NCBI GenBank assembly: GCA_041619955.1
Contig: JBFKDA010000002.1
Coordinates: 1-32,765, forward strand
DNA: 32,765 bases
From: Acidimicrobiia bacterium
GTDB taxonomy: Bacteria > Actinomycetota > Acidimicrobiia > Spongiisociales > JAOTWH01
Reading direction: 5' to 3'
Part shown: positions 30,650 to 32,765 of the stretch, piece after piece
How positions within the stretch are numbered: the first letter of the stretch is position 1
Layout: each line of letters begins with the position of its first letter
Notes under the pieces: model-generated
Databases searched by the model: none
Told to the model about the DNA's origin: nothing
What the model saw: only the letters and a program-made list of their open reading frames with translations
Translations under genes and position numbers: made by a program

Positions 30650-31476
30650 GCGACCGTTTCCTGGCGGGGCGGGTGGCGCTGGTCACGGGCGGGGCGTCGG
30701 GCATGGGCCGGGCGATGGCGCTGGCGTTCGCGGCGGCGGGCGCCGACGTGGCGATCGGCTCGCTGCTCGCCGGGGCGGCACCTGCCGACGGCGAGGTGGT
30801 GTACCTGCCAGGGGAGGAACAGCTCGCCGCGACCGCGACCGAGCTGCGGTCGGCCGGGGCCCGGGTGGTGGCGCAGGGCCTCGACGTCACCGACGGCGAC
30901 TCGGTCGAGACGCTGTTCGCTGCGGCCGAGGCAGAGCTGGGCCCGGTGGCGGTGCTGGCGAACGCGGCCGGCGTCACCGCCGAGCAGACCGTGGTCGGCC
31001 ATCCGGACGCGCTGTGGCAGAAGGTGCTGGATGTCAACCTCACCGGCACCTACCGCTGCATCAAGCGGGCGCTGCCGGGGATGATCGAGGTGGGCTGGGG
31101 GCGGATCGTCAACATCGCCTCGACCGCGGCGTCGGTGGGGGCGGCCACGTCGGGCGCCTACTGCGCCTCCAAGGCGGGCGTCGTCGGGCTGACCCGGGCG
31201 GTGGCGCTGGAGGGAGCGCCGCACGGCGTCACCTGCAACGCGATCAGCCCGACGTGGGTGAACACCGACTTCGGGCGGGACTGGATGGGCGACATCGCCG
31301 AGCAGCAGGAACAGCGGTCCGGCGCCGACTACATCGCCGACGTCAAGGACGCCAACCCGCAGGGCCGCCTCATCGACCCGTCCGAGATCGGCGCTCTCGC
31401 CGCGTTCCTGTGTCGGGACGAAGCCGCCGGCATCACGATGGAGGACCTCAAGGTCACCGCCGGCTCGCTGTGGTGA
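30646..31476 (+). CDS. Short-chain dehydrogenase/reductase (classical SDR)
   Basis: ORF track 30646..31476(+). TTG start overlaps the betB stop (TTGA). [14 protein letters not shown] and catalytic S...YCASK. Confidence 0.8.
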   Translation: MSDRFLAGRVALVTGGASGMGRAMALAFAAAGADVAIGSLLAGAAPADGEVVYLPGEEQLAATATELRSAGARVVAQGLDVTDGDSVETLFAAAEAELGPVAVLANAAGVTAEQTVVGHPDALWQKVLDVNLTGTYRCIKRALPGMIEVGWGRIVNIASTAASVGAATSGAYCASKAGVVGLTRAVALEGAPHGVTCNAISPTWVNTDFGRDWMGDIAEQQEQRSGADYIADVKDANPQGRLIDPSEIGALAAFLCRDEAAGITMEDLKVTAGSLW

Positions 31477-31479
31477 CCG

Positions 31480-32238
31480 CTAGCCGGCCGGTTCGCCGGC
31501 CGCCTTGGTGATGCTGTAGCCGGCGATCGCCGCCAGCACCGACACCAGGCCCTCCTGGCCGATCTTTTCGGTGACGCCGAGGATGATCACCGCCAGCACG
31601 ACCATCACCAGCACCATGCCCTCGATCTGGCGCCGGAACGGCAGGCCGTCGATCCCGTTCGAGGTGCCCCGGTAGCGCACCCACACCATCAGGCCCAGCA
31701 ACATGAGCACGCCGGCGATTGCCAACGCCAGCAGCAACGTCAGCTTGCCGGCCTCCACCAGTGGCTGCTCGCCGCGCTCGGCGAGCGCGGCGTCGACGGC
31801 GTCGTTCACGGCCTCCGACACGCCGATCCCGGCGAGCCCGAACTCTGCCAGCAGGGCGGGGCTCAGGTCGGTGAACTCCGCGGCGACCGCTGCCTCGGCG
31901 TCGGAGACCGGCACGGCCGCGAGCGCACCCTCCACCTCCGGGAAGCCCGCCAACTTGATCTGCAGCTCGTCGCCTGGCGCGCAGCCGGGCAGGCTCGCCA
32001 GCACCGCGGTGAACTGCCCGCCGGCGACGGTGGTGGTGCGGCCGCACTCGGACGTCGTGTCGCCGTCGGTGCCCAGCAGGATCAGCCCGATGCCGGCGGG
32101 GCCGGCCTGGCCGTCGAACGTCACCGCGCCCTGCACCTGAGGGCCCTCCTGGGCCAGCGCGGCGCCGGCGGTTCCCAACGTCAGCCCCAGAGTCAGCATG
32201 GCGGCGAGCAGCGCCGCCGTCCAAAGTCGAGTCCTCAC
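31480..32238 (-). CDS. Hypothetical membrane protein (signal peptide, ~150-aa outer domain, three C-terminal TM helices)
   Basis: ORF track 31480..32427(-). Start moved to GTG 32238 (VRTRLWTAALLAAMLTLGLTLGTAGAALAQ), preceded by GAGAGGGGG. TM helices LTLLLALAIAGVLMLLGLMVWV, MVLVMVVLAVIILGV and LVSVLAAIAGYSI. Confidence 0.55.
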   Translation of the reverse strand: MRTRLWTAALLAAMLTLGLTLGTAGAALAQEGPQVQGAVTFDGQAGPAGIGLILLGTDGDTTSECGRTTTVAGGQFTAVLASLPGCAPGDELQIKLAGFPEVEGALAAVPVSDAEAAVAAEFTDLSPALLAEFGLAGIGVSEAVNDAVDAALAERGEQPLVEAGKLTLLLALAIAGVLMLLGLMVWVRYRGTSNGIDGLPFRRQIEGMVLVMVVLAVIILGVTEKIGQEGLVSVLAAIAGYSITKAAGEPAG

Positions 32239-32321
32239 GTCGAACGCCCCCTCTCGAGTCCCTCGCCAAGACGACGCGCCCGATGCCGAGGTGATACGCA
32301 CGTGAGGGTGCGCGGCGCGAC

Positions 32322-32348
32322 GGCGGGCCGGCACAAGGCCGGCCCGCC
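32322..32348 (-). terminator. Perfect 11-bp GC stem-loop downstream of the SRPBCC gene
   Basis: GGCGGGCCGGC acaag GCCGGCCCGCC (32322-32332 pairs with 32338-32348), 20 nt past the stop at 32369-32371 on the minus strand. No U-tract, as is common in high-GC actinobacteria. Confidence 0.5.
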
Positions 32349-32368
32349 GCTCGCCAGGCTCATCCGAC

Positions 32369-32765
32369 TCAGCCGGCGAGCTGCACCGTCGACGTGTCGA
32401 CGCGCACTCCGGGACCGACCTCCTCACCCGTCTCGACGTAGTGCTTGAACCCGGCGATCAGCCGCGTCAGCGACGTGCGGAACTGCTTGCGGAACAGCAT
32501 CCGGTCGGCGAGCCGGCCCACCGGGCCGAGCCGGGGGCGGTAGTCCATCCGGGCGCTGAGGCGGGTCGTGCCGTCCGGCCCCGGCTGGACCGCCAGCGTG
32601 GCCCGCGGGTCGCTGATCGGCGGCATGCGGGTGCCGTCGTAGATCTCCACGACGTAGCGGGCGCCCTCGTCCCACTCCACGATGCGCTCCTCCACGGTCG
32701 CGCCGAACGCGAGGTCGCAGTGGCGGGTGGCGCCGACGCCGTTGGCTGCGTCGCCGGTGAGCCGG
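32369..32765 (-). CDS. SRPBCC (polyketide cyclase/dehydrase-like) family protein, N-terminus beyond the window end
   Basis: ORF track 32369..32695(-) extends in frame to the window edge (...RLTGDAANGVGATRHCDLAFGATVEERIVEWDEGARYVVEI...). The pattern is typical of Polyketide_cyc2-type START-fold proteins. Confidence 0.55.
   Translation of the reverse strand, partial: RLTGDAANGVGATRHCDLAFGATVEERIVEWDEGARYVVEIYDGTRMPPISDPRATLAVQPGPDGTTRLSARMDYRPRLGPVGRLADRMLFRKQFRTSLTRLIAGFKHYVETGEEVGPGVRVDTSTVQLAG

Overview
Very GC-rich, densely packed chromosomal segment of actinobacterial type, with many GTG/TTG starts, 4-nt start/stop overlaps and Ala/Arg/Gly/Pro-rich shadow ORFs in every frame. I call 32 protein genes (2 cut by the window edges), one fluoride riboswitch, several operator and promoter candidates, 3 stem-loops and 4 tandem-repeat tracts. 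I see no rRNA, tRNA, CRISPR array, transposase, integrase or recognisable phage or defence gene. Gene order: RskA-like anti-sigma and ECF sigma (-), divergent from a DUF4397 surface protein plus class-F-type sortase (+). Then a CDC48-like double AAA+ ATPase and a DEDD-exonuclease/GIY-YIG protein (-), a small zinc-ribbon protein (+), and a TrmH/SpoU methyltransferase coupled to a giant TPM-domain membrane protein (-). Then a small membrane protein, an APH-family kinase and csoR-copZ-copA (+), followed by an HD-GYP protein fused to a Thr/Pro-rich linker and cadherin-like domains (-). Then a hypothetical anchor protein and an NAD epimerase (+), GH32/68-type fructosidase plus ROK fructokinase (-), DUF2330-like protein, MBL hydrolase, a 2-TM hypothetical and fused pabB-pabC (+). 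Then homocysteine S-methyltransferase, hutF, an M20 amidohydrolase and crcB-crcB behind a fluoride riboswitch (all -), betB plus an SDR (+), a membrane protein and a partial SRPBCC protein (-). I did not find a clear multi-gene novel system such as a defence island. The most unusual signals are: (1) two perfect LexA/Cheo boxes clamping the start of the exonuclease/GIY-YIG gene, which is followed on the same strand by the CDC48-like AAA+ gene; (2) an 11-bp x4 tandem repeat between those two genes that places TAG in all three frames; (3) the HD-GYP protein with a C-terminal adhesin-like module; (4) back-to-back ECF promoters linking the sigma/anti-sigma pair to a surface protein/sortase pair, with a hairpin burying the sortase start codon; (5) a triplicated ~30-bp gene-end cassette at 24687-24775; (6) a fluoride riboswitch whose pseudoknot strand can alternatively pair with the crcB Shine-Dalgarno. 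All functional calls rest on motif recognition by eye, because no database search was possible.
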